Made by a program: the position numbers and the translations under genes. This document shows, piece after piece, positions 25,481 through 33,333 of a DNA stretch of 35,299 nucleotides (within the stretch, counting starts at the first letter, position 1; the number at the start of each line of letters is the position of its first letter). Below the pieces are notes generated by a model. It was not told the origin of the DNA, ran no database searches, and saw only the letters and a list, made by a program, of their open reading frames with translations. The stretch is taken from positions 1 through 35,299 of IMG/VR virus record IMGVR_UViG_3300028585_000051. The stretch is one strand, 5' to 3'. Source of the stretch: a virus (lineage: Duplodnaviria > Caudoviricetes).

Positions 25481-25573
25481 GGTGTTTTTTCCTATGTTCG
25501 TGATGCAGGACTTCGGGTGGGTTTCGGGCAAAAGCCCATAGGCAACTTTTTGCCCGTGAAAAAGCCGCAGGGG

Positions 25574-25789
25574 TTACTGCGGCTGGGGTGGTTCGCCGAA
25601 CACGGTAGGGTTCAGCTCGTAGCGTGTGACTTGGCCATCGAGAAGGGTTTCGACTTCGCGGCAGCGTTCGCCAGGCACCACGCCCTGGGCCGCCCATTTC
25701 TGGATCGCCTGAGGCGTGAGCTTGAGAAGATTGCCGAGAGCGGTCTGGCTTCCAGCGAGGCGAATTGCTTTTGCGATTCCGGTTTCCAT
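25574..25789 (-). CDS. cro: Cro-like repressor (YdaS family HTH)
   Basis: IAKAIRLAGSQTALGNLLKLTPQAIQKW...VP.ERC..VE....GQVTRYELNP; divergent from cI. Confidence 0.88.
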   Translation of the reverse strand: METGIAKAIRLAGSQTALGNLLKLTPQAIQKWAAQGVVPGERCREVETLLDGQVTRYELNPTVFGEPPQPQ

Positions 25790-25812
25790 GGTCTTGGGTT
25801 CTTGTCGTTGGT

Positions 25813-25891
25813 TACAACCCTAGGTTACAGCATCACGCGTTCTATTACAACTTATTTTTGCAGTGCTATCTACAACGGTTGCTTGTAAGAT
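25813..25891. promoter_or_regulatory. OR operator region with PR and PRM
   Basis: Three 17-bp sites starting TACAAC at 25813, 25846 and 25871. PR (minus): TTGTAA-17-TAACCT (25850..25822). PRM -10 TAAGAT at 25886..25891. Confidence 0.8.
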
Positions 25892-25897
25892 GGCCGA

Positions 25898-26599
25898 ATG
25901 GAAACAATGGCAACCAGAATTGAACAGCTCCTGCTCGCCAGGAACGGCGGCAACCAGTCAGAGATGGCGCGCCATGTGGGCGTGAGCCCGCAGGCCGTGC
26001 AGAAGTGGGTGGCTGGCGACTCAGAGCCGCGGGGGAAGAATCTCGACCTGGCGGCCGAGTTCTTGGGCGTGACGCCTGCGCACCTGAAGTTCGGGATCGT
26101 TATGGACCAGCATCCGGGCGCCGCTGCGCCAGTGCCGGCCGGAATGGTGCGTGTGCATGCCGTCGATGAGGATGACCCGTCTCTTACGTCGATCATGAAG
26201 GTGACGATCAAGGTCCAGGCCGGGATCACGGGCTTTCGTGTCGAGCCAGAGCATCACGACGGCGCAACGATGCGCGTGCCGACCGAGTGGATCCGCAACG
26301 AGCGCTTCGTTCCTGGCGATCTATTGGCGATCACCGTGCGCGGCGAAAGCATGGAGCCATCGCTATATGACGGTGACGTGATCGTCGTGAACGCAGGCGA
26401 CAAAAAGCTCATCGATGGCTCCGTCTACGCGGTGAATTACGAGGGTGAAGTAGTGGTAAAGCGCATGGTGCGCGATGCTGGAATGTGGTGGCTAACGTCC
26501 GATAACCTGGACCAGCGCAAATATCACCGGAAGTCATGCAAGGGCGCTGAGTGCATCATCATCGGCAAGGTCGTTCGTAAAGAAAGTACGCATATTTAA
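25898..26599 (+). CDS. cI: CI-like repressor (HTH + S24 autopeptidase)
   Basis: HTH NQSEMARHVGVSPQAVQKWVAG, cleavage-site-like VQAG, catalytic VRGESMEP and VVKRM. Confidence 0.95.
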   Translation: METMATRIEQLLLARNGGNQSEMARHVGVSPQAVQKWVAGDSEPRGKNLDLAAEFLGVTPAHLKFGIVMDQHPGAAAPVPAGMVRVHAVDEDDPSLTSIMKVTIKVQAGITGFRVEPEHHDGATMRVPTEWIRNERFVPGDLLAITVRGESMEPSLYDGDVIVVNAGDKKLIDGSVYAVNYEGEVVVKRMVRDAGMWWLTSDNLDQRKYHRKSCKGAECIIIGKVVRKESTHI

Positions 26600-26609
26600 A
26601 AGGTCGGTT

Positions 26610-27197
26610 ATGAGAAAAATAGCGATCGCTTTAAGTCTTTTTGTTTCACTAAATTGCTACGGGCAAAGTATTGATGAATTCAAGACCTATATCGAAACCC
26701 ATCGTTCTATCGCAGAGGCAGGGGAAATTAATTGGTCGGCATACTTCCGAGGTCTTTATTCGCGAATGGTGAACCTGAATGCTCCTGGCGATATGCTTGA
26801 GCGCACCAGTCGGATGATTAGAGACGCTGAGCTATACGAGGCAGGATCAATCGATCGGTCAGAATTCGAGTATAGGCAGCGAAGCATGAATGTACAGCAG
26901 GCGAACGCCGATAGGGCTCGGGAAAATGCGGCTCGTGCGGACGCGATCATTGCGCAGCAACAGGTAGATGCTCGAGACCAGCAGCGCTCGAGCGCCGTTC
27001 TAGCCGTGGCGGCGCAGCTTCTGCAGGCTGGGGCACCACGCGCGCTGGCGCCAGTACCGATGGCGGCCGCCCCTGCCGGATTGATGGGCTTCCTTCAGGA
27101 TCAATCGATCAATGGAACGCTTCGGTACTGCAAATATAGCAATGGCATAGTCAACACCATCAGTGTTATGCAGATCTGCCCGTTAAATTCTCAATAA
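26610..27197 (+). CDS. Secreted/periplasmic protein co-transcribed with cI
   Basis: Signal peptide MRKIAIALSLFVSLNCYG; helical domain, coiled coil and small C-terminal 2-Cys domain; lower GC; starts 10 nt after the cI stop. Confidence 0.75.
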   Translation: MRKIAIALSLFVSLNCYGQSIDEFKTYIETHRSIAEAGEINWSAYFRGLYSRMVNLNAPGDMLERTSRMIRDAELYEAGSIDRSEFEYRQRSMNVQQANADRARENAARADAIIAQQQVDARDQQRSSAVLAVAAQLLQAGAPRALAPVPMAAAPAGLMGFLQDQSINGTLRYCKYSNGIVNTISVMQICPLNSQ

Positions 27198-27219
27198 ATA
27201 GTCCCCGCTGCGGCGGGGA
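27193..27219 (-). terminator. Hairpin/terminator between immunity-region genes (T-tract on the minus strand)
   Basis: TCCCCGC-TGCG-GCGGGGA at 27202..27219; the minus strand continues CTATTTATT. Confidence 0.5.
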
Positions 27220-27230
27220 GTGGAGGGGAT

Positions 27231-27584
27231 ATGCAGTTCAAGTTGGCGACGTCGAAGGACGGCCGATTCGCGAGAATAGCTTTAGAAACGGGTGAAGAAT
27301 CAGTCGCCCAACTGAGCGCACAAGACGTCGAGCAACTGATAAGCATTCTGTCCAATGCCCGAGGAAAGATGGTGCCACGGGTGAGCCAATCGAAATCTCC
27401 ACTGTTGTCCCCGGGTCCTGGAATTGACGCTCTTTCACCGATGTTAGATGTTGGACGGATGGACAGTGGCCATTTGATTCTTTCACTGGCTTACACCGGG
27501 CTTGGCTGGAGATCGGCACAGCTTGACCCAGACGAGGCCCGGGCGCTTGCGCGCAGGCTGCTTGATGCCGCTGGGCCGCCTTGA
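27231..27584 (+). CDS. Hypothetical protein in the immunity region
   Basis: Strong GGAGGGG RBS; 117 aa with a globular-looking pattern (LSAQDVEQLISILSNAR...GLGW...EARALARRL). Confidence 0.6.
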   Translation: MQFKLATSKDGRFARIALETGEESVAQLSAQDVEQLISILSNARGKMVPRVSQSKSPLLSPGPGIDALSPMLDVGRMDSGHLILSLAYTGLGWRSAQLDPDEARALARRLLDAAGPP

Positions 27585-27756
27585 GCGCACGCACGCCAGG
27601 TGGCATCACGTTCGGCAGCAGCTTCTCAATTTCGCGCCACGTCATCTCGCCTGAGTTCGAATTAATACCGTCTTTGCCATAGGTTGCGAACGTCACTCGC
27701 AGCTTGCCGTTGTTGCGCAAGCTGATCTGAAGTAGCGCCTTCGTCTTACTGCTCAT
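27238..27756 (-). CDS. Possible antisense gene (172 aa) overlapping 27231..27584
   Basis: GGAGG RBS before MSSKTKALLQISL...; the stop lies just before the minus-strand terminator-like hairpin. Confidence 0.35.
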   Translation of the reverse strand: MSSKTKALLQISLRNNGKLRVTFATYGKDGINSNSGEMTWREIEKLLPNVMPPGVRALKAAQRHQAACAQAPGPRLGQAVPISSQARCKPVKESNGHCPSVQHLTSVKERQFQDPGTTVEISIGSPVAPSFLGHWTECLSVARRLVRSVGRLILHPFLKLFSRIGRPSTSPT

Positions 27757-27826
27757 CTCATCCTCCATGCCCGCCACGCGCGGGTGTAGTTTTATCCGCA
27801 GCCCGGATCGGCACCCCCCCCGTTCT

Positions 27827-27919
27827 ACAGCGAGCAAGTTGTAACAGCCTAACTTTTTTCGACCGCGACTACAACTTTTACTTGCAATGCGGTTGAGGCT
27901 GCTGTAACCTGTGGTTGTA
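27827..27919 (+). promoter_or_regulatory. OL operator region and PL
   Basis: Sites at 27827..27843, 27870..27886 (TACAACTTTTACTTGCA) and 27903..27919 (reverse complement TACAACCACAGGTTACA, versus OR TACAACCCTAGGTTACA). PL: TTGCAA(27882)-17-TAACCT(27905). Confidence 0.8.
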
Positions 27920-27967
27920 GTCACTGAGACGCAACCGAGCCCAGCAGGGCGCACCAGGAGAACGACG

Positions 27968-28315
27968 ATGGCCCGACACGACCAAGACGACGAGCTGCAA
28001 TACCAAGCTGAGCTGGACAAGCTGACCCGCGAGAAGGCTTTCATGATCCTGGAGGCGATCAAGGCCGGCGGTGTGTTGAACACGGCCGACATGATCGAGA
28101 ACATCGACCCGTACCTGGGCGACAGCCAGGCGCTGGCCGAGCTGGTACAGCGCACGGCGCGCGGCGAGAACGCGCTGCTGGACCTGCTGCAGCGCATGGC
28201 CCTGGAGCTCGGCGAGAAGCAGGCCGAGAAAGACCTCGCCGAGCGCGCCCGGCGCAATCGCCAGCCGTCGATCGCCGACCGCATTCACCGCTACCTCGAC
28301 CGCGTGGCAGCGTGA
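27968..28315 (+). CDS. Hypothetical protein, first gene of the PL operon
   Basis: AGGAG RBS, high-GC3 codon usage, 115-aa helical protein. Confidence 0.75.
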   Translation: MARHDQDDELQYQAELDKLTREKAFMILEAIKAGGVLNTADMIENIDPYLGDSQALAELVQRTARGENALLDLLQRMALELGEKQAEKDLAERARRNRQPSIADRIHRYLDRVAA

Positions 28316-28457
28316 TCGGTGCGGCGCGCCCCGGAAAGCGCGCCTTGGCAGGCCCGGCTCAGGAAACAGGGACTGTGGGATCAGAGCATGCCCTGGCAGC
28401 CGGAAAGACGGCACAGACACCGAAGCCGGCCACGCCGGCGCCAACAGGAGAGCAGGG

Positions 28458-28748
28458 ATGCAGCATACGAAAACGCCGTGGCGCGTGGGCGCGCCGAGCC
28501 AGATGGGTTCGGTCGTGGCCGATGAGCCGGTACCCGAGATCAAGGGCAGCGAGGCCGTCGAGCACTACGGTGGACACCTGATCGCCGAGTCGATCGCGCC
28601 GCGCAATGCCGAGTTCATCGTCCGCGCCTGCAACTCTCACGATCAGCTGATCGCGGCAGTGCAAGCTCTGCTGGTCGAGGTCGGCGATAAAGGTCGCCCG
28701 AACGTGCGTTCCGAGGCTATCAAACTGCTCAAGGAGTTGCGTAAATGA
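28458..28748 (+). CDS. Hypothetical phage protein
   Basis: MQHTKTPWRV...NAEFIVRACNSHDQL motif common in phage early genes; AGGAG RBS. Confidence 0.75.
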   Translation: MQHTKTPWRVGAPSQMGSVVADEPVPEIKGSEAVEHYGGHLIAESIAPRNAEFIVRACNSHDQLIAAVQALLVEVGDKGRPNVRSEAIKLLKELRK

Positions 28749-28940
28749 TCGCCGCCCACCGCATCACCACCGGTCCATACCGCATCCTGCGCCGCCTGGC
28801 GCGCAAGCTGACCAAGCCGCTGCGCCTGGCCGTGATCCGCCATCAGACGGCACTGAGCGAAGGCAACGTGCGCCACCTGGACGACCTGCGCATCGAGGCA
28901 ATCTGCGCGCGCCCTGGGCATTGAGCGGGGTGTGCTGTGA
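28745..28940 (+). pseudogene. Small basic protein, probably frameshifted near its 3' end
   Basis: ATG 28745 MIAAHRITTGPYRILRRLARKL... stops at 28924. Another frame reads ARALGIERGVL* ending in the GTGA overlap with the next gene. Confidence 0.4.
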
Positions 28941-29041
28941 TCCGCCACTTTCGCAACCAGTATCGGCTCAGTCTGCTCGTCGGCTTCAACCGGCGCGAGG
29001 CTGCGGCGCGCGCGCTGCGCACCTTCTTTTACGGTTTCTAA
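28937..29041 (+). CDS. 34-aa basic peptide
   Basis: GTG start, MIRHFRNQYRLSLLVGFNRREAAARALRTFFYGF*; fills the gap before bet. Confidence 0.5.
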   Translation: MIRHFRNQYRLSLLVGFNRREAAARALRTFFYGF

Positions 29042-29076
29042 ACGACGCCGGCATAGTCCCGGCAGAAAGGTTTCAC

Positions 29077-29820
29077 GTGTCCAGTTCCCTCGTAGTCCAG
29101 CAGGCATCCAAGCTCGCCGGCATCTTCAACATCCCCGAGTCGGAAGACTTGATCAACGTTCTCAAGGCGACCGCATTCAAGGGCCAGGTCTCGGACGCGC
29201 AGATGACCGCGCTGCTGATCGTGGCGAACCAATACACCTTGAACCCGTGGACGAAAGAGATTTACGCCTTCCCCGACAAGAACAACGGCATCGTGCCTGT
29301 TGTGGGCGTTGACGGCTGGTCACGCATCATCAACTCGAACCCGCAGTTTGACGGCATGGACTTCGAGCAGGATGCGGAATCGTGCACCTGCATCATCCAC
29401 CGCAAGGACCGTTCGCATCCGGTCAAGGTCACCGAGTACCTGTCCGAGTGCAAGCGCCCTGTCGCGCCGTGGCAGTCGCACCCGAAACGGATGCTGCGCC
29501 ACAAGGCCATGATCCAGTGCGCCCGCCTTGCCTTCGGCTTCGTCGGCATCTACGACCAGGATGAGGCAGAGCGCATCGTCGATGCGCCGGGCCGCCCGGT
29601 GAAACAGAGCCCGGTCGACATCGCCCAGGAAGCGCAGGCAGCCCAGGAGCCGGCAAGCGCCGAGCTGCTCGCCAGGATCGAAGCCGAGGCCGACCGCGGC
29701 TACCAGGCGTTCACGGACGCGTGGGCGAAGCTGACGAAGGCCGAGCGCCAGTCGTTCACGCCAGCGCAAATCCAATCCTTCAAAGATCGTACTGACAAAG
29801 TTATCGAGGCTACCCAATGA
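29077..29820 (+). CDS. bet: Single-strand annealing recombinase, lambda Bet/RecT family
   Basis: LKATAFKG..SDAQMTALLIVANQYTLNPWTKEIYAFPDK..GIVPVVGVDGWSRIIN...PWQSHPKRMLRHKAMIQCARLAFGF; GTG start with GAAAGG RBS. Confidence 0.95.
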   Translation: MSSSLVVQQASKLAGIFNIPESEDLINVLKATAFKGQVSDAQMTALLIVANQYTLNPWTKEIYAFPDKNNGIVPVVGVDGWSRIINSNPQFDGMDFEQDAESCTCIIHRKDRSHPVKVTEYLSECKRPVAPWQSHPKRMLRHKAMIQCARLAFGFVGIYDQDEAERIVDAPGRPVKQSPVDIAQEAQAAQEPASAELLARIEAEADRGYQAFTDAWAKLTKAERQSFTPAQIQSFKDRTDKVIEATQ

Positions 29821-30431
29821 GCAACCAAGGCACACAAGAATGGCTCAATGAGCGACTGGGCTTTGCTACGGCATCGTGCTTCGCAGACATTCTCGCGGTA
29901 AGCGTGAAGGGTGTCCCGCTCAAAGCCCGCGAGGATTATCTGATGCGCCTGACGACCGAGCGCATCTACGGCCGCGCCACTGAGTCGGCGTCGAGCCAGG
30001 CTATGCAGTGGGGCAAGGAGGCCGAGCCGCTGGCCCGCGCCGCCTACGAGGTGGAAACCGCGAACATCGTCATCGAATCGGACTTCGTGAAGCACCCGAC
30101 GATCGCATACGTGGGCTGCTCGCCTGATGGTCTGATTGGTGCGCAGGGCGGCTACGAAAGCAAGTGCCCGGCGAACAGTGCGATCCACATGGCGACCTGG
30201 CGCGACGGCATGCCGAAGGCGCATATCGCCCAGGTTCAGGGCTGCATGTGGGTGACCGGGCGCGACTGGTGGGACTTCGTGTCTTACGACCCCCGCGCTA
30301 CGCCTGATTTCCGGCTGTACGTCCAGCGCATCGAGCGCGACGGAAAGTTTATCAAGAACCTGGAAGTCGAAGTGGTCAAGTTCCTGGCCGAAGTGGACGC
30401 ACAAATCAAATCGCTCAAGAAGGCAGCTTAA
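29817..30431 (+). CDS. YqaJ/lambda-exonuclease family 5'-3' exonuclease
   Basis: QGTQEWLNERLG..TAS, MQWGKEAEPLAR, GCSPDGLI, ESKCP, QVQGCMWV...WDFVSYDP. Confidence 0.93.
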   Translation: MSNQGTQEWLNERLGFATASCFADILAVSVKGVPLKAREDYLMRLTTERIYGRATESASSQAMQWGKEAEPLARAAYEVETANIVIESDFVKHPTIAYVGCSPDGLIGAQGGYESKCPANSAIHMATWRDGMPKAHIAQVQGCMWVTGRDWWDFVSYDPRATPDFRLYVQRIERDGKFIKNLEVEVVKFLAEVDAQIKSLKKAA

Positions 30432-30433
30432 TC

Positions 30434-30664
30434 ATGGCATACGAACAACGAGATAACTCCGGGACGCTCTTCAAGAACGAGCGCAAGACCGAAGGCGACA
30501 ACAAGCCGAACATGACTGGCAAAGCGATGATCGGCGGCGTGATGTACTTCTTCGACGCCTGGACGAAAGAGGGCGCGAAGGGCCGCTTCCAGTCCGTGTC
30601 CTTCAAGCGGATGGACACCCAGGCACCGGTCCCGGCCGATGACTCGGACAAGCCGCCATTCTGA
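30434..30664 (+). CDS. Small putative ssDNA-binding protein
   Basis: NSGTLFKN..K....PNMTG...AWTK...FQSVSF with an acidic DDSDKPPF tail resembling the SSB C-terminus. Confidence 0.65.
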   Translation: MAYEQRDNSGTLFKNERKTEGDNKPNMTGKAMIGGVMYFFDAWTKEGAKGRFQSVSFKRMDTQAPVPADDSDKPPF

Positions 30665-31032
30665 TGAACAAACGCACCTTCATCCTGGCTCACGACCAGG
30701 CCCGCGAGAACGCCGCGCGGTTCGTGATGGAAGCGCCAGCAGGCTACTGCGTCACCGTCAGCGAGCCAACCCGCAGCCTGGAGCAGAACGCGCTCATGTG
30801 GCCGCTGCTAGAGAAGCTGGCCGCCAACGTCGTCTGGCACGGCACCAAGCTGTCGCGTGAAGACTGGAAGGACATGCTCACGGCCTCCCTGCGCAAGCAG
30901 CGCGCGGCGCCCGGTATCGATGGCGGTTTCGTCGTGTTTGGCGAGCGCACGAGGGTCTACAGCAAAGCGCAGTTTTCCGAGCTTATCGAATTGATCTACG
31001 CGTTCGGCGCCCAGCACGGCGTTACCTTCTAA
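30664..31032 (+). CDS. ninB: NinB/Orf recombination protein
   Basis: PTRSLEQNALMW, WHGTKLSREDWKD, PGIDGGFVVFG, FSELIELIYAFGAQHGV. Confidence 0.9.
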   Translation: MNKRTFILAHDQARENAARFVMEAPAGYCVTVSEPTRSLEQNALMWPLLEKLAANVVWHGTKLSREDWKDMLTASLRKQRAAPGIDGGFVVFGERTRVYSKAQFSELIELIYAFGAQHGVTF

Positions 31033-31051
31033 CCACAACGAGAGAGACCTG

Positions 31052-32086
31052 ATGACCGAGAACGATTTCCACGCCCGCCGCACCGAACTGGCGAACAAGA
31101 TGGCCGAGGCCGGCGGCGAGCTGCTCGACTTCATGGGCGCGGCCGGTGCGCTGGCTGCGATCCCTGATTCGGACCGCTATGTCGTGGCCGGCGACCCTGC
31201 CGCGATCCGCGCGCAGCTCGATACCGTCAACCCGCAGCGCCGGATGCGTCACGGCGACCGCCCCGACCATGATCTGTACTTCGGCCCCGACGCCGGCCAG
31301 CCGCGCCGCTTCGCCGCCCTCATCACCAGCAGCGGCCACGGCGTGCTCCAGGAATACGGCAGCAAGTTCGAATACGCGCTGCCAGGGCAGGAGGTGATCG
31401 ACGTGGTGGAAATGGTCCCGGCCATTGCCAATAAGGCGGAAGAAGAAGGCGAGCTGCCAGCATTGCACGCGCCTGAATGTCTTGGCATGAACGCAGGCGG
31501 TGGAGGACATGTCTATGGTTACACGTACGAGAATGTGCAGGAATACGCCCGCCAGGCCATCGCCGCCGACCGCGCAGCTCGTCCTGTTGCCAATAAGACG
31601 GAAGTCGATCTCGACAGCATCGAGCAATACCGGATGCAGATGGCGGCGATCTCTAGCGCGGCTATCGGCTATTGGGTCGAGAGCACCGGAATCAAGCCGG
31701 AATACGACACCATGCCATTGCGCGATGTCGCCAAGCTCTACGCCAAGTACGAAACCCTGCATGTCGCGGCACAAGCCGGTCAGGTAGCGGTTCCGGGCTG
31801 GATCAGCGTCGACGAGCGCCTGCCTGAGTTTCGACACGAATGCACGTCGAGCGGATGCGAGGTTTCCGATTCGCTCATGGTCTATGGCGAGAGCGCGTTC
31901 GGCGCGAAGGGATGCGGGTTCGGTCATGCGCGTGATGATGGTTCGTGGGCGACCTACGAAGCCGAGTATGACCAGCTCACGGTCGTGAAGGTGACGCATT
32001 GGATGCCACTGCCCCCATCGCCAGCCAGCGAATCCCTGCGCTCCCCACAAGAAGCAGCGGGAACCGAGAAAGGGGCGCAATCATGA
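31052..32086 (+). CDS. Mosaic (Eaa/Ead-like) protein with a C-terminal DUF551 domain
   Basis: WISVDERLP...VTHWMPLP C-terminal domain preceded by several short modules. Confidence 0.75.
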   Translation: MTENDFHARRTELANKMAEAGGELLDFMGAAGALAAIPDSDRYVVAGDPAAIRAQLDTVNPQRRMRHGDRPDHDLYFGPDAGQPRRFAALITSSGHGVLQEYGSKFEYALPGQEVIDVVEMVPAIANKAEEEGELPALHAPECLGMNAGGGGHVYGYTYENVQEYARQAIAADRAARPVANKTEVDLDSIEQYRMQMAAISSAAIGYWVESTGIKPEYDTMPLRDVAKLYAKYETLHVAAQAGQVAVPGWISVDERLPEFRHECTSSGCEVSDSLMVYGESAFGAKGCGFGHARDDGSWATYEAEYDQLTVVKVTHWMPLPPSPASESLRSPQEAAGTEKGAQS

Positions 32087-32562
32087 GCGCCATCATCAGC
32101 GCCTGCGGCCAGTACCGCTACATGCTGTCGCGCGCCGGCGACCTGCACGCCACGCGCGGCCCGGCCCTGTTCATCATGCTGAACCCAAGCACGGCGGACG
32201 CCGAGCTGGACGATCCGACGATCCGGCGCTGCCGCAGCTTCGCCAAGGCCTGGGACTGCGCCGGCATCGTGGTGGCAAACCTGTACGCGCTGCGCGCCAC
32301 CGACCCCGCCGGGCTCTGGTCGCATCCCGACCCGGTCGGCTCCGACAACGACGGCACGCTGGCAACGCTGATCCGCGAACACGAAACCGTGGTCTGCGCA
32401 TGGGGCGCAAACGCGAAGCCGGAGCGGGTCGCGGTCGTCCGCAAGATGTTCCATCGCCTGAGTGCGCCTGTGTGCCTCGGAATGACCAAACACGGCGCGC
32501 CGCGCCACCCCCTGTATGTGCGCGGCGACCAGCCGCTGATCGACTGGAAAGGACCAGCATGA
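32083..32562 (+). CDS. DUF1643 family protein
   Basis: CGQYRYML...FIMLNPSTAD...DDPTIRRC...NLYALRATDP...VCAWG...CLG.TK.GAPRHPLY. Confidence 0.9.
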   Translation: MSAIISACGQYRYMLSRAGDLHATRGPALFIMLNPSTADAELDDPTIRRCRSFAKAWDCAGIVVANLYALRATDPAGLWSHPDPVGSDNDGTLATLIREHETVVCAWGANAKPERVAVVRKMFHRLSAPVCLGMTKHGAPRHPLYVRGDQPLIDWKGPA

Positions 32563-33140
32563 CCAATCACCCATCCGCCAGCGAGAGCGGCGAACTGAAC
32601 CTCGACCACCTGGAAGCGCTGACCGACGAGCAGTACCAAGAAGTGCTGCGACCAGTACTGTCACGCTACGGCATGCAGCGCTTTCTGAATGGCGACGAAA
32701 TCACCCTGAACCCGAGCGATTATCGGGCGATCATCGAGCGAGCCCGCCGCGCTGCACCAGCACCAGCGCCGACAGCCGGGGATGCGCTGCCCACCCTGAC
32801 CATCGGGGAAGCGTTCTCAGCGGTCGGCGGCTGGATGAACGGCGGCGAGCTCGGCTACCCATCGTTCGGCAGCATGAATGCTTTGGCGGCTTATACGCAA
32901 AAGATGGTGTGCGCCGCCCTCGCCAACCAGCCAGCGCCGACAGTGCCAGCAATCTACTATCAAGCTGGCCGCTTAAGCGGAACTGGCAATGATTGGCGGT
33001 TCATCGATAAGGCTGAGTATGATCGGACTCACGGTGATTATCGTCGTATGGTTTTCGCGCATCAACCAGCGCAGGAGCAGGCCGAGCCAGTGCCGGATGA
33101 CGTCGAGTTCGACCACAGCGAAGGCGGCCACCATGATTGA
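32559..33140 (+). CDS. Mosaic hypothetical protein
   Basis: MTNHPSASESGELNLDHLEAL...; modules separated by APAPT linkers; ATGA coupling. Confidence 0.7.
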   Translation: MTNHPSASESGELNLDHLEALTDEQYQEVLRPVLSRYGMQRFLNGDEITLNPSDYRAIIERARRAAPAPAPTAGDALPTLTIGEAFSAVGGWMNGGELGYPSFGSMNALAAYTQKMVCAALANQPAPTVPAIYYQAGRLSGTGNDWRFIDKAEYDRTHGDYRRMVFAHQPAQEQAEPVPDDVEFDHSEGGHHD

Positions 33141-33330
33141 CCGCGGCTCTGACCGCCGCTGGCGCAACCAGATCGGCGCCGGCCTACTGATGCCCGAACG
33201 CCGCGACGGCTTCGACCGCCGCGCGCTGGCCATGCCGGCGCCCAGCACCAAGGGAATGATCCGGCCAGGTGTCGGCGAGGCACAGCCGCCGCGCGAGCGG
33301 CGGCAGTCCCTGGATTCAGGAATGGAATAG
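33133..33330 (+). CDS. Hypothetical protein (65 aa) with DRR/ERR motifs
   Basis: MIDRGSDRRWRNQ...ERRDGFDRR...ERRQ; overlaps the upstream stop; GAAGG RBS. Confidence 0.55.
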   Translation: MIDRGSDRRWRNQIGAGLLMPERRDGFDRRALAMPAPSTKGMIRPGVGEAQPPRERRQSLDSGME

Positions 33331-33333
33331 GAG

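Noticed and set aside
28319-28525. Arg-rich ORF (RRHRHRSRPRRRQQ) as a lambda N-like antiterminator
   Set aside because: No RBS, overlaps the better-supported 28458 gene, Arg richness is expected in off-frames of GC-rich DNA, and no boxA/boxB pair was identified. Not fully excluded.
31022-32080. 352-aa minus-strand ORF and similar minus ORFs across 29038..33590
   Set aside because: Shadows of the coupled plus-strand PL operon genes.
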